This document shows positions 1-9,294 of a stretch of DNA of 64,000 nucleotides, piece by piece. The stretch's first letter is position 1, and each line of letters starts with the position of its first letter. A program made the translations under genes and the position numbers. The notes under the pieces were generated by a model, which saw nothing but the letters and a program-made list of their open reading frames with translations, was not told the origin of the DNA and did not search any database. The stretch comes from a virus. The stretch is from IMG/VR virus record IMGVR_UViG_3300025030_000053, positions 32,001 to 96,000 of that record; one strand, written 5' to 3'.

Positions 1-387
1 TCCTCCTAAATGATGCTTGACGACCAGAGAATCCGATTCTGGATCGAAATCTATGTAATCATCTATATCTACAAAATTATTTTCTATTATTCCTGCTTCT
101 TTTTTTATTTCTATAACATATTTAATTTCCCTGCTTTTTGGGTATATTGGATTTTCAGAATTTGCTTCCATTTCTCCGAAATCTACCACCTTGAAGTGAT
201 CATTCAAAAAAATCAAAGAAAGATCGAAACCAACATTTTTGTTCCAAAATCCGTGGCATCCAGCAGATGGAAATATGAAAAAAGCACATTGATTGTTGGC
301 GATTTGTCTGTTCATCAAACCCTTTTTTCTTTTTTCATCAGTATCGCACAAATATTTTATATTAATTTTTAAATCTTTTTTGCTCAT
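1..387 (-). CDS. DUF192 (COG1430) family protein, 3'-partial; not in the supplied ORF track
   Basis: Manual translation from the ATG at 387: MSKKDLKINIKYLCDTDEKRKKGLMNR...AFFIFP...GFWNKNVGFDLSLIFL...KYVIEI, matching the DUF192 pattern (DT..R..GLM, FWMKN..LD.IF, YVLE). ATGA overlap with the upstream stop; runs off the window edge. Confidence 0.8.
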   Translation of the reverse strand, partial: MSKKDLKINIKYLCDTDEKRKKGLMNRQIANNQCAFFIFPSAGCHGFWNKNVGFDLSLIFLNDHFKVVDFGEMEANSENPIYPKSREIKYVIEIKKEAGIIENNFVDIDDYIDFDPESDSLVVKHHLGG

Positions 388-2489
388 TTAAGCACTCTGA
401 ATTTAGATTTTAAAGAAATTTCTGCAAATTTTTGTTTTTTGGATGATTGTGAAAGATTTATGCTATTAAATCCCTGATTGATTGCCGGTCCTTCAGATTG
501 GCTGTCAAAATATCCTTCATTCTCTAATTCCTCTATAGCTAATTTATGAAAATCTAATGGTTCGCCCGTCTCTAAATCTAAGAAGATGTATCCGGGAGGA
601 AATGAAAAACTAGCCAGTTTGACTCGTCGAGAAGAAGATGAAGTAGTCTCTTGGTCTTCATCCTCCTCCAATGGTTCTTCTAGTAATCCTTCTGGCAAGG
701 AACGACCTAATCTTCTTGCCTGTTCTCTCATCCAATCTTCACCTGTCTGTTTTTGCCTTGTTTGCCTTGGTGGAGTAGCTGAAACTATTTCGGACTTAAC
801 CTCTGCGGTGTTGGATTGGACAGCATTATATCTATTAGATAAGTAAGTATCGATTTCATCTGGAGTGACCAATGAAATCCCATTGACTTCTTGTTCTTTA
901 ACTAGTGCTAAGTAGCTTTTTTGAGTTGGCTCTAAGAATATACCTGGATAAACTTTATGTAAATCACCAGTAGGAATCCAAATATAATTATTTGATGACG
1001 GATCAAAATTATTAAGTACTTTTGGTTCCCCAGCATACCCAGCATAAGCGGTTTCAATCACCCAAGAATCACCATACCCAGCATGACCTTCTTGTAATTT
1101 TTCCAAATTTCCTAATAAGTAAGCATTTTCATCCCTTGATGTCATTTGCACAGATGCTAAACCATCTCTCATCTCCAAAGAATGTCTTGTTATATATCTT
1201 GACTCATTTAATTTTTTAACATTAACTAACCTTACAGAAGAACTATCCGTATTTGCACCTATTTTTTCTTTATATATAGATAAAGTTTTTTGTTGTATTT
1301 CATTAGCATATTCATCAGGATCTTTTCCTTCATTTTCGTATTGTTCTGCAACAATACTTTTATATATATTGTTAACAACATATAATTGTAGTATTTCTGA
1401 TATCTGAAAAGGAACAGCAGCACTATAAAAATTTTTTGACTTTGGATCAATATCTTTATTTTGATTCTCTAATTTTTCTACCACCAGATCTCTCAAAACT
1501 TGAGGATTGTAATTTCTGTTTTTTGTGGCTCTTCTTCCACGAGATTCATGTACTGGATTGATATCTTCTACCGATCCCCAAAAAAGCATCATAGCGTATT
1601 TTAATGTATATAAATATTGCGGCCTTCCACCTCTCGATATATCATCTGTATATTTCATATAGGCTTTGATATATATTGATTTAATATATTCTTGAGCATA
1701 ATTTGCCATATCTAAAGATTGTATTAAACTAATTAATTTTATTCTATTATCTTGAGATTCTTCCATATCTCTGACACCAATATCCATATATCCATCATTT
1801 TTAGATTCATATATTTTTTTTAGTTCATCAAATGGAAATTGATTATAATCTTCTTCATTTTTATATAAAGCTGACAACAGACTATAGTCATCTACCTCAC
1901 TGGGGTTGACCGCAGTGTCATCTCTGATCTGATCACCTATCGTGGCAGACCCTTCTTCTGTTCCTATTGGCTGATCAGCAGAAGTTTCATGCTTATGTCT
2001 GCTAGATAATTCGTTAATCATGTCTACAACATCAGTACTTACTACCTGATTGATAAATGATATTGGAGATGCTACTTCTTTTCCTGAAATCCTAGATTTA
2101 AATAATTTAGAAAATACAATTACTTTTTTTATTGATGTTTTGTTAAATGGATTATATTTAGATAATATGTCTTTTAATGTTTTATCTACTATAGTTCCTA
2201 TATCATCTTCATTTGCCACAGACCCTTTAGATTGCTTCCTTACTGATCTTTCTATTGAAGATCTTACTTCTCTGAATGATGAGTCACCAGCTAAATTAAT
2301 ATCCTCTGTAGTCAAAAATCCCTGCTGCATCGCATAAATACTAATGGACATCTTTGCTTCTTCTGAATTTTCTGAATTTTCCATATCAGACATAAAATCA
2401 CCAATGTCATATGGTCTTTCCTGTGCTATTTTTAAAAAATTATCTGATACTAAATTTAGTTTCATTATATCTCTCCCAAGAATCATCAA
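384..2489 (-). CDS. Hypothetical 701-aa protein, probably late/virion-associated
   Basis: Long ORF with an acidic low-complexity C-terminal part. Carries LKIAQ, VKLAS and HKLAI motifs shared with other late orphans. Confidence 0.6.
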   Translation of the reverse strand: MMILGRDIMKLNLVSDNFLKIAQERPYDIGDFMSDMENSENSEEAKMSISIYAMQQGFLTTEDINLAGDSSFREVRSSIERSVRKQSKGSVANEDDIGTIVDKTLKDILSKYNPFNKTSIKKVIVFSKLFKSRISGKEVASPISFINQVVSTDVVDMINELSSRHKHETSADQPIGTEEGSATIGDQIRDDTAVNPSEVDDYSLLSALYKNEEDYNQFPFDELKKIYESKNDGYMDIGVRDMEESQDNRIKLISLIQSLDMANYAQEYIKSIYIKAYMKYTDDISRGGRPQYLYTLKYAMMLFWGSVEDINPVHESRGRRATKNRNYNPQVLRDLVVEKLENQNKDIDPKSKNFYSAAVPFQISEILQLYVVNNIYKSIVAEQYENEGKDPDEYANEIQQKTLSIYKEKIGANTDSSSVRLVNVKKLNESRYITRHSLEMRDGLASVQMTSRDENAYLLGNLEKLQEGHAGYGDSWVIETAYAGYAGEPKVLNNFDPSSNNYIWIPTGDLHKVYPGIFLEPTQKSYLALVKEQEVNGISLVTPDEIDTYLSNRYNAVQSNTAEVKSEIVSATPPRQTRQKQTGEDWMREQARRLGRSLPEGLLEEPLEEDEDQETTSSSSRRVKLASFSFPPGYIFLDLETGEPLDFHKLAIEELENEGYFDSQSEGPAINQGFNSINLSQSSKKQKFAEISLKSKFRVLK

Positions 2490-3163
2490 GAAATCATTTC
2501 TTCCAAGTCAAGATCTTCATCAGAATATTGAGGTTCTGCTGTTTCTAGTCCAAGTAGTTGAAGAATTTCAGGAGTCAATTCTTCAACTTGGTTGAAATCT
2601 TCCATATCTGCATCAATGGCTTCTTCTCTATCTTCAATTCCAGATTGCATTTCTTCTAATTGAGGAATTTTGTCCTGAAGATCATCCTGCGGAAGCCCGG
2701 TTCTTGGTCCTTTTCTGATCCCACCAACTGCTTGCGAAAAAACAAATTTTTGTTTTGTTTTGTTTTTTTCAAATTCAGATTGCTGCTCCATTATTTCTAT
2801 TCCCAAAGCCATTTTTCCCGAATTAGTAAAAGCAACATGGCGATTTCCCTTGTTTGTGATCAATCCATCTGTCACCAATTTCACAACATCATAATTTGAC
2901 ACATCTTCTGGCAAAGGATAAACTATATCAGAAACTTTCAAAACTTTTTGTGCTTCTATGTTTTTAGAATTTTTATTATTCCATATAGTCATCAGAATTT
3001 CTTTGCTTTTTTTATCGAAAACTTTTTTCTTTGCTTCCCTAACAATTCCCTCGTCGAATCTGTTCTGAATGACAGATTTTGGCAGCATCAATGAAAGCGG
3101 ATTTGAAAACAAAGCCGGAATATTATCAGATGTCTCGCGAACTGGTCTAATTTGGTATGGCAT
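2486..3163 (-). CDS. Hypothetical protein
   Basis: ORF with an AGGAG Shine-Dalgarno and an acidic tail; no recognisable domain. Confidence 0.6.
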   Translation of the reverse strand: MPYQIRPVRETSDNIPALFSNPLSLMLPKSVIQNRFDEGIVREAKKKVFDKKSKEILMTIWNNKNSKNIEAQKVLKVSDIVYPLPEDVSNYDVVKLVTDGLITNKGNRHVAFTNSGKMALGIEIMEQQSEFEKNKTKQKFVFSQAVGGIRKGPRTGLPQDDLQDKIPQLEEMQSGIEDREEAIDADMEDFNQVEELTPEILQLLGLETAEPQYSDEDLDLEEMIS

Positions 3164-3201
3164 TTAAAATTCTCCTGAGTTATATTTTCAAAAATTATTC
3201 T

Positions 3202-3984
3202 CTATTCCTCTTTTGAGAATATAATTATTTCTTTAGATTTCTTTTCATAAGTGTGTTTCATAGAGTAATTTATATTAATTTCTATAATTTTATATTCTGA
3301 ATATAATTTTTTAATTTTTTCACTATTATTATATGACATCATCCAATTTGATTTATTTTTTAATATTTTATATAATTTATGATGATCAAAATATCTGTGA
3401 GCATGTCCTTTATTTCCATACAAATAATTACCTCCAGTATTACCATTTTCTAGCATATATGGAGGATCTAAATATATAAATTCATTTTTAATATTATACA
3501 AAGATTCCTCAAAATCACTAATATTAACTTTTAAGTTTGTACATTGAAATATTTTTACAAAATCTATAGAAGATTTGGTAAATGATGGATGATTTTTAAT
3601 CATTCCAGCAGCTAGTCCTCCACCACCAAAAGAACTACGATTCAAGGCAAAAAAATAAGCTGCATTTTCAAGAGTATTTGAATGATGATTTCTTAATATT
3701 TCTCTAATTTCATAATATTTTTCTTTAGATAGAGGAAAATATTTCATTATTTCATCATAGAGTCTGACTGAATCATTTAAGATATATTTCCAGAAATTTA
3801 TCAATGGCTCAATGATATCAAATGCTTGAACAGAATAACCTTTATTAGCAAGATAAATTTCAAATGACCCTCCACCTAAAAATGGAGAAATAATATTTCT
3901 AGTCCCATTTGGAATATATTTTTCTAATTCATTAATCAATTTCAATTTACTGCCTGGGTATTGTAGCGGAGAAATTCCTTGCAT
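3202..3984 (-). CDS. DNA adenine methyltransferase (Dam/D12 class)
   Basis: YPGSK and PFLGGGS (motif I), catalytic YLDPPY, WMMSYN. Confidence 0.92.
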   Translation of the reverse strand: MQGISPLQYPGSKLKLINELEKYIPNGTRNIISPFLGGGSFEIYLANKGYSVQAFDIIEPLINFWKYILNDSVRLYDEIMKYFPLSKEKYYEIREILRNHHSNTLENAAYFFALNRSSFGGGGLAAGMIKNHPSFTKSSIDFVKIFQCTNLKVNISDFEESLYNIKNEFIYLDPPYMLENGNTGGNYLYGNKGHAHRYFDHHKLYKILKNKSNWMMSYNNSEKIKKLYSEYKIIEININYSMKHTYEKKSKEIIIFSKEE

Positions 3985-3985
3985 T

Positions 3986-4708
3986 TCATCTCCTATCTTG
4001 AAATTTTTTTGCTCGATTCATCCACGAAAAAGACATCACATTTTTTTGTCTTTTCTTGATTGGAACCTTGATCACTTCGTCAAAGGAAGAATCGTCTCCT
4101 CCCGCAACCGGAGGGTTCTCTCTCAATCTCAATGATGCCTCATTCATTTGTTGCAAAACCGGGACGGGTGTGAATCTACCTCTGGGTTTTCCAGTCAAAG
4201 AATCAATTGAGTGTCGTTCTTCATTGTTCCGAATCAATTGTTGCATCAATTCGTCATCATTCTCAAACTCATCTGGTGTCATCCAGAGTGCTTTCACCGA
4301 CGCACCAGCTTTGCGTCCAATCTCAACCAATGGACGCCATCGTTTAGCAGAAAGAGTAGTTGCATCAAAAATAACATCTTTTCCAGATTTCAACAATTCA
4401 TTCAATCTTTGAAAGGCAAATTTGAAAATTGCTGAATCCAAATTTGAACTATTCCTCAAAATATCTTCTGGCACTATTTGCTTTGCTAATTCAAAGATCT
4501 CTGGATCGTTTTGCTCTAATTCTGATGGTTTTGAGCCAAATATCCTAGCATAATCAAATATGTGATTCGGTCCTGATATAGAATAATCCTGTGAAATTGC
4601 CTCACGATAATTATCAGGACTGACAACTATGTGATCTGGAAACATTTTCTTGATTGCCGTTGATTTTCCTGAGCCTGAAGACCCTATGGTAATGATTATT
4701 TCTGACAT
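3986..4708 (-). CDS. P-loop polynucleotide 5'-kinase-like protein (AAA_33/PNK kinase domain)
   Basis: IGSSGSGKST Walker A, VSPDNYR, VIFDATT, RNNER and VPVLQQM. Start moved to the ATG at 4708. Confidence 0.8.
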   Translation of the reverse strand: MSEIIITIGSSGSGKSTAIKKMFPDHIVVSPDNYREAISQDYSISGPNHIFDYARIFGSKPSELEQNDPEIFELAKQIVPEDILRNSSNLDSAIFKFAFQRLNELLKSGKDVIFDATTLSAKRWRPLVEIGRKAGASVKALWMTPDEFENDDELMQQLIRNNEERHSIDSLTGKPRGRFTPVPVLQQMNEASLRLRENPPVAGGDDSSFDEVIKVPIKKRQKNVMSFSWMNRAKKFQDRR

Positions 4709-5328
4709 AATTCTTCCTTCAACAATATTCCTCCCCATTGGATCGCCATAGCCTTTGCAATGCCAGGAAATGTTTTTGATCTTGCTCTAGATCTTTCTTT
4801 TGGAGGCAGCCCAGCAGTATCATATGTCCATTTTGGCATTGGAAATTTATTGCCGCCCTTGATCACTTCTCCTTGATCAACTATGTTGGTTGGAATCAAC
4901 GCCGGAAGCCCTTTCAACCATATACATGTTGTCTTCCTTGCTGAATCTCCAAACTGATATGGTTGAATGATCTGGTCTGGTTTTCTCCAAATTGTGCTCA
5001 TGATGCCGACTGGATTCTCAATAGCAACTTTTGGACACCTCAAATTAGTAAATTCCATAAAAAAATCAATACCTTGTTGTTGTCTTCCATCGGCACACTT
5101 CTTGGCAAAATGCCTAGCCCCACTCGTGGCAATGTGCGTGCAGGGTGGGAAAGCAAGAATCATGTCCCAGTCGTCATTTAGTAATGGCAATACATCTGTC
5201 TGCAAATGCCATTCTGGGTGCCCGCCTGAACAAGGTTCAATATCACAAGAAAATGATTCAATGCCGATGTGGCGCAATTCTTTGACAACTGCTTGACTTT
5301 CTTCGCAAGCAACTAATACTTTTTTCAT
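4696..5328 (-). CDS. Phage-type DNA cytosine-C5 methyltransferase-like protein
   Basis: VLVACEES, FPPCT (catalytic PC), IENP, K.TC.W and RSKTFPGIA. GAGGTG SD before the ATG at 5328. Confidence 0.8.
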   Translation of the reverse strand: MKKVLVACEESQAVVKELRHIGIESFSCDIEPCSGGHPEWHLQTDVLPLLNDDWDMILAFPPCTHIATSGARHFAKKCADGRQQQGIDFFMEFTNLRCPKVAIENPVGIMSTIWRKPDQIIQPYQFGDSARKTTCIWLKGLPALIPTNIVDQGEVIKGGNKFPMPKWTYDTAGLPPKERSRARSKTFPGIAKAMAIQWGGILLKEELCQK

Positions 5329-5335
5329 TTTCACC

Positions 5336-5983
5336 TCACATTCCAGGTTGTCCACCTTCATTCCTCCATCTGTTCCACTCGAAAGATGATAGATCTCCGT
5401 GCAATTGATCGCTCGGGTTTGGCACTCGTTCTGATTGGAAGATATAATAAAACCCAGGAACTGAGTGTCCGCGATTCACCTCAAAAATTCCTTTTTTGTT
5501 TCCTCCTGAATTTATTTCTTTACCAACTATTCTTGATTTTCCTTCTTGATCTACAAGAATCTTGAATTCCCAATTTTTCAATTGTTTGACTATGTCTTCT
5601 GCTTCAAATGGCAGATCTTCAACTCTGAATTCGCCATTTTGCTCATCAATCAACAGAAGAACTGCTTTTTCTTTGCTGTCTCCATCTTGGACAGCCATCA
5701 CGTTGATGTTATATGGATCTTTGTCGATAAAGAAATTACCTTGTTTTATTGTTTCCCATCCTTCGTCTGGAATTTCTGCCGCTTCTCCGATGATATGAAT
5801 AAATTCTGGGTGATATCGGACTTGTGATCGGATAAAGTCATCCATTCCGTTATCTCCAGAAAACGGCCACCATCTAGGGCCTCCGTATCTCGTAGACAAA
5901 GAAAAACCCTGAGTGGCAGGTCCACCGGGTGGACCCAAGCCTGCTGCCAAAACTATTTTTTTGCTCGCAAATTCCATCCACAT
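5336..5983 (-). CDS. Hypothetical late protein
   Basis: Starts MWMEFASKK. Lies 8 nt downstream of a sigma-H-type -10 box, with no SD. Confidence 0.6.
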   Translation of the reverse strand: MWMEFASKKIVLAAGLGPPGGPATQGFSLSTRYGGPRWWPFSGDNGMDDFIRSQVRYHPEFIHIIGEAAEIPDEGWETIKQGNFFIDKDPYNINVMAVQDGDSKEKAVLLLIDEQNGEFRVEDLPFEAEDIVKQLKNWEFKILVDQEGKSRIVGKEINSGGNKKGIFEVNRGHSVPGFYYIFQSERVPNPSDQLHGDLSSFEWNRWRNEGGQPGM

Positions 5984-5991
5984 ATATGTAT

Positions 5992-6018
5992 ATTCTCTAA
6001 AATAAATCTATTTCCTGC
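5992..6018 (-). promoter_or_regulatory. sigma-H-type promoter
   Basis: GCAGGAAAT-N11-AGAGAAT, an exact match to the B. subtilis sigma-H consensus RNAGGAWWW-N11/12-RNNGAAT. Confidence 0.7.
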
Positions 6019-6052
6019 AATAGATTTTGGTTTATGATTTGAGTAATATCTT

Positions 6053-7084
6053 ATGAAGGAGTTTGTAATGGAAGAATGGCTAAAAATTGATCCACCCTTT
6101 TCAAGATATTCTGTATCTTCTGGAGGAATGGTCAGGAACGATGAAACTGACTATATATTTTCGAAACAAAAAAATATTATTGATTATCCACAAATAAATA
6201 TAATACAAGATAATGGAAAAGGAAAACAAAAATTTGTTCATGTTCTTGTGGCACAACAATTTCTTGGATACACTCCTGAAATGCAAAAAAATAGACAAAT
6301 AGTCTGTCATCATAAAGATAATGATAAACAAAATTCAAGATTATCAAATCTTGAAATAATATCTGTAAGTGAAAATAATAAATATTGTAATAATCTTAGA
6401 AAAAATTCTAAAACTATACAACAATTTAATTTAAATGGAGATTTTATAAAAGAATACAAACCTAATGATAAAATCAATAATGAATGGAAAAGAATAAATA
6501 TTAATAATTGTTGTAATAATCAACAAAAAACTGCATATGGATTTATTTGGAAATACATATCAGAAGAAAATTTAGATGGTGAAATTTGGAAAGAAATAGA
6601 ATTTAATAATAAAATAATAAAAGTTTCCAATCTTGGAAGAATAAAAATTTCTTATGATGTAATTACATCAGGATATAAAAAACAAAGTGGATATAGATCC
6701 ATAGGGATCAATGGAAAAAGAATGCAAGTCCATCGACTTGTTTGTCAGACATTCCACCCGATTGACAATCCAGAAGATTTTGTTGTGAATCACATCAACC
6801 ACGTCAAAGATGACAATCGGGCAGAAAACTTGGAATGGACTACTCAAAGGGAAAATTGCAAAAAATATTTGGAAAAGAATCCGAATCAAACATATAGAAA
6901 TGTTAGGAAATGCCCTGTTGTTGGAATTAAAAATAATGAAATTATATATTTTAAAACATCTGAGGATGCTTGCATATGGAGCAGATCAAAACACATCTCA
7001 GATGTTTGCAAGGGAAAAAGAAAATCTGCCGGTGGCTTCAAATGGATGTATCTTGAAGATTATGAAAAACTCAAATCATCTTGA
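6053..7084 (+). CDS. Free-standing HNH homing endonuclease with tandem NUMOD4-HNH-NUMOD1-like units
   Basis: Two HNH motifs (VHVLVA..F...HHKDNDKQNSRLSNL and VHRLVC..F...[17 protein letters not shown]). [10 protein letters not shown] and KSAGGFKW NUMOD1-type ends. Inverted relative to its neighbours. Confidence 0.9.
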   Translation: MKEFVMEEWLKIDPPFSRYSVSSGGMVRNDETDYIFSKQKNIIDYPQINIIQDNGKGKQKFVHVLVAQQFLGYTPEMQKNRQIVCHHKDNDKQNSRLSNLEIISVSENNKYCNNLRKNSKTIQQFNLNGDFIKEYKPNDKINNEWKRININNCCNNQQKTAYGFIWKYISEENLDGEIWKEIEFNNKIIKVSNLGRIKISYDVITSGYKKQSGYRSIGINGKRMQVHRLVCQTFHPIDNPEDFVVNHINHVKDDNRAENLEWTTQRENCKKYLEKNPNQTYRNVRKCPVVGIKNNEIIYFKTSEDACIWSRSKHISDVCKGKRKSAGGFKWMYLEDYEKLKSS

Positions 7085-7241
7085 ATTCAAAAGTTTTTGA
7101 ATTTCCTCATAATAATAACTTTCAGCAGAATTAGGGATGCCAAAAGGAATTCTTTTGAGCCTGATGGCATTCAAAAATGATTGATGAACCCCTGGAAGAA
7201 TAATTCCATCTTTATAGATGAGTCTCTCATTATATAATTAT

Positions 7242-7724
7242 CTATTCCGGAATTTCAGATATATCTAATTTTCTGAACAACGATCCAGGAATATTTCCAG
7301 GTTCTTTTTCATATATCCATCCCGAACCATAACTATCAGACAAGAGATCTCTAAAATCAGGAGATTCCTGGAATTCGACTATTCCAGGATCCATATCTAA
7401 AAATTCTGTATTAGGATAATCTGTTGCCCACAGCAAGTTAGCGTTTGGATGCTCCTCAAACCATAACTCTGCTAATCTCTCAGTGGCAGCTTCAAATTCT
7501 TTCCCCTCAAAATCAGTTGAGCTATACAAAAATTTTTCATAGTTTTCTTCAAATTTTCTTTTTGACTCATCAGAAAGATCCTCATAAAATTCATAAAAAT
7601 GTTCTTGAAAATGGTCACCAAACCAACTTCCGTCAAATCCCTCTTGTATAATTTTGTATGCCCTATCCCTAGAAGTAGAATGATATGGGAAAGAGATGAC
7701 ATTTTTTGCCAATTTCATCCACAT
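7242..7724 (-). CDS. Hypothetical late protein
   Basis: Probable start at 7724 (TGATG coupling to the upstream stop); begins MWMKLAK. Confidence 0.6.
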   Translation of the reverse strand: MWMKLAKNVISFPYHSTSRDRAYKIIQEGFDGSWFGDHFQEHFYEFYEDLSDESKRKFEENYEKFLYSSTDFEGKEFEAATERLAELWFEEHPNANLLWATDYPNTEFLDMDPGIVEFQESPDFRDLLSDSYGSGWIYEKEPGNIPGSLFRKLDISEIPE

Positions 7725-9181
7725 CACATCCCGCCCTTTGATGGTCCAACTCTCAATTGATCTGGGTTTTCGGTCATGTGCCAATTTTCTGTTGTGTTTT
7801 CCGCACCTTCGTGCATATCAGTTGGATCTAATCCTCGCTCTTGTTCTCTGACTCTTCTCAAAGCCTCTTCAATGGTCATTGTTTGGAAATCAAACATTGG
7901 CAGCTTGTCTGTTGGAGACATTCCCTGAGAATTGTTTTCTTCGTTTGGCGTCTCCTTCCAGTTGAACAACCCAAGATGTTCTTTGTTGATAGGATATTGT
8001 TCCAGATAATCTTTGTTGCCACCAAATGGCTCATTTTCTGTGGTCTCTCTTCGGTCAACAATCTGATCCATATATCTGCTCTCTGCACCGAAAGCCCCCG
8101 TTCCGCCGCCGTGATAGTTAGGATCTAAATTGTTTGGATCATTCGGATCACCACGTCGAGAAGGGGCAGATCCAGATTCAAAATTATACACCGCTTGTTT
8201 GTCTAGGCTCGAATATCTCCTCAATGTGTCCCATCTGACTTTATTGGGACGTTTAGTCAACAAGTTTGGACCAACAGGAGGTAGTTTCCCGTGCCATTGC
8301 GGAGTATTTTCTAGAATAGCCTGGAAACGATAATCTCTTCCTTTATCTTCTCCTTCTCTTCTGGCATTCAAAGCAGTTTCTGGTGAAGTATAATGTGATG
8401 GGTCTATGACTGCTTGTGTTCTGAGCCATTCTGGTGATCTTTGCCGATCTCTTTCCTTTTCTTCTGCTCGTTGTTGAAACATCCTTCTCAGTCTTTGAAG
8501 ATTTTTTTGTTTGATTCTTTCTCCCCAGGCAAGATTGTATTTCATTGCATTTTCATCAGCATATTTATGATTATAAAAGCCAACATTTTCCAATTTCTTT
8601 TCTGTTGATGTTCCGCCAGCAACCTTGTCATTTTTCCTGGCCATATCCAACACAGAATCAAACATTGTTTGGGATTTCCAGCCATTTCCATAGAATTGAT
8701 CTATGTCTCCGCCTTTCTGGAATGAGAAGTTTGAAAAAGATCCACCTTCACTTCCAGACATCCCACCTTGTCCACCCCATTGAGCGAATTTCAAAGTCAA
8801 AATTCCAGGATGATTCCCGTTCAACATTGACGCAAGGCTGAACATAGAATTTACATCTGGCAATGGTTCTTTTTTAGAGGCGAGATATACCAACGCTTTT
8901 TGAACATTTTCTTCAACAGACTTTCCATTTTTAAATTTCAAAGAAAGTTTTTCTAATTCATTTTTAGAATATTTTTTAGAAATAGCAGATGGAATCACTA
9001 AATTCAATTTTTCTGATTTACTTGCTATTTTTATTTCTGGCTTCAAAATGTTGATCAAAGATGAGTTATCATCAGCAGAAATTATTGACACAGACGAAGA
9101 TATTTTGATCATAATCTTGTCATCATAATGATATATACCATCTTCTGCATTCAGCAATGTCAAAATTTGCTCTATTCTCAT
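7724..9181 (-). CDS. Hypothetical 485-aa protein, probably virion-associated
   Basis: IKIAS and LKFAQ motifs, Gly-rich disordered segments. Upstream GAAGGTTTT-N12-TATAAAT promoter-like motif at 9205-9232. Confidence 0.6.
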   Translation of the reverse strand: MRIEQILTLLNAEDGIYHYDDKIMIKISSSVSIISADDNSSLINILKPEIKIASKSEKLNLVIPSAISKKYSKNELEKLSLKFKNGKSVEENVQKALVYLASKKEPLPDVNSMFSLASMLNGNHPGILTLKFAQWGGQGGMSGSEGGSFSNFSFQKGGDIDQFYGNGWKSQTMFDSVLDMARKNDKVAGGTSTEKKLENVGFYNHKYADENAMKYNLAWGERIKQKNLQRLRRMFQQRAEEKERDRQRSPEWLRTQAVIDPSHYTSPETALNARREGEDKGRDYRFQAILENTPQWHGKLPPVGPNLLTKRPNKVRWDTLRRYSSLDKQAVYNFESGSAPSRRGDPNDPNNLDPNYHGGGTGAFGAESRYMDQIVDRRETTENEPFGGNKDYLEQYPINKEHLGLFNWKETPNEENNSQGMSPTDKLPMFDFQTMTIEEALRRVREQERGLDPTDMHEGAENTTENWHMTENPDQLRVGPSKGGM

Positions 9182-9232
9182 TTTATATTAGCCTCTTGGT
9201 TGATATTTATAATATTTATGATCAAAACCTTC

Positions 9233-9278
9233 ATTCAAACAAAAAAGGATGGGATATCCCATCCTTTTTTGTTTGAAT
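9233..9278. terminator. 46-bp perfect palindrome; bidirectional intrinsic terminator
   Basis: ATTCAAACAAAAAAGGATGGGAT|ATCCCATCCTTTTTTGTTTGAAT, just after the 9295 stop, with T-tracts on both strands. Confidence 0.85.
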
Positions 9279-9294
9279 TTGAATCAAGACTATT

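Noticed and set aside
10-372. 120-aa plus-strand ORF
   Set aside because: It is the antisense shadow of the DUF192 gene on the minus strand. The many other short ORFs antisense to or nested in long genes were dismissed likewise.
7078-7241. Stop-codon readthrough or alternative genetic code after the TAG at 7242
   Set aside because: An in-frame TAA follows three codons later. The ~50-codon open stretch here is in another frame with no start, and long conserved genes are intact in the standard code.
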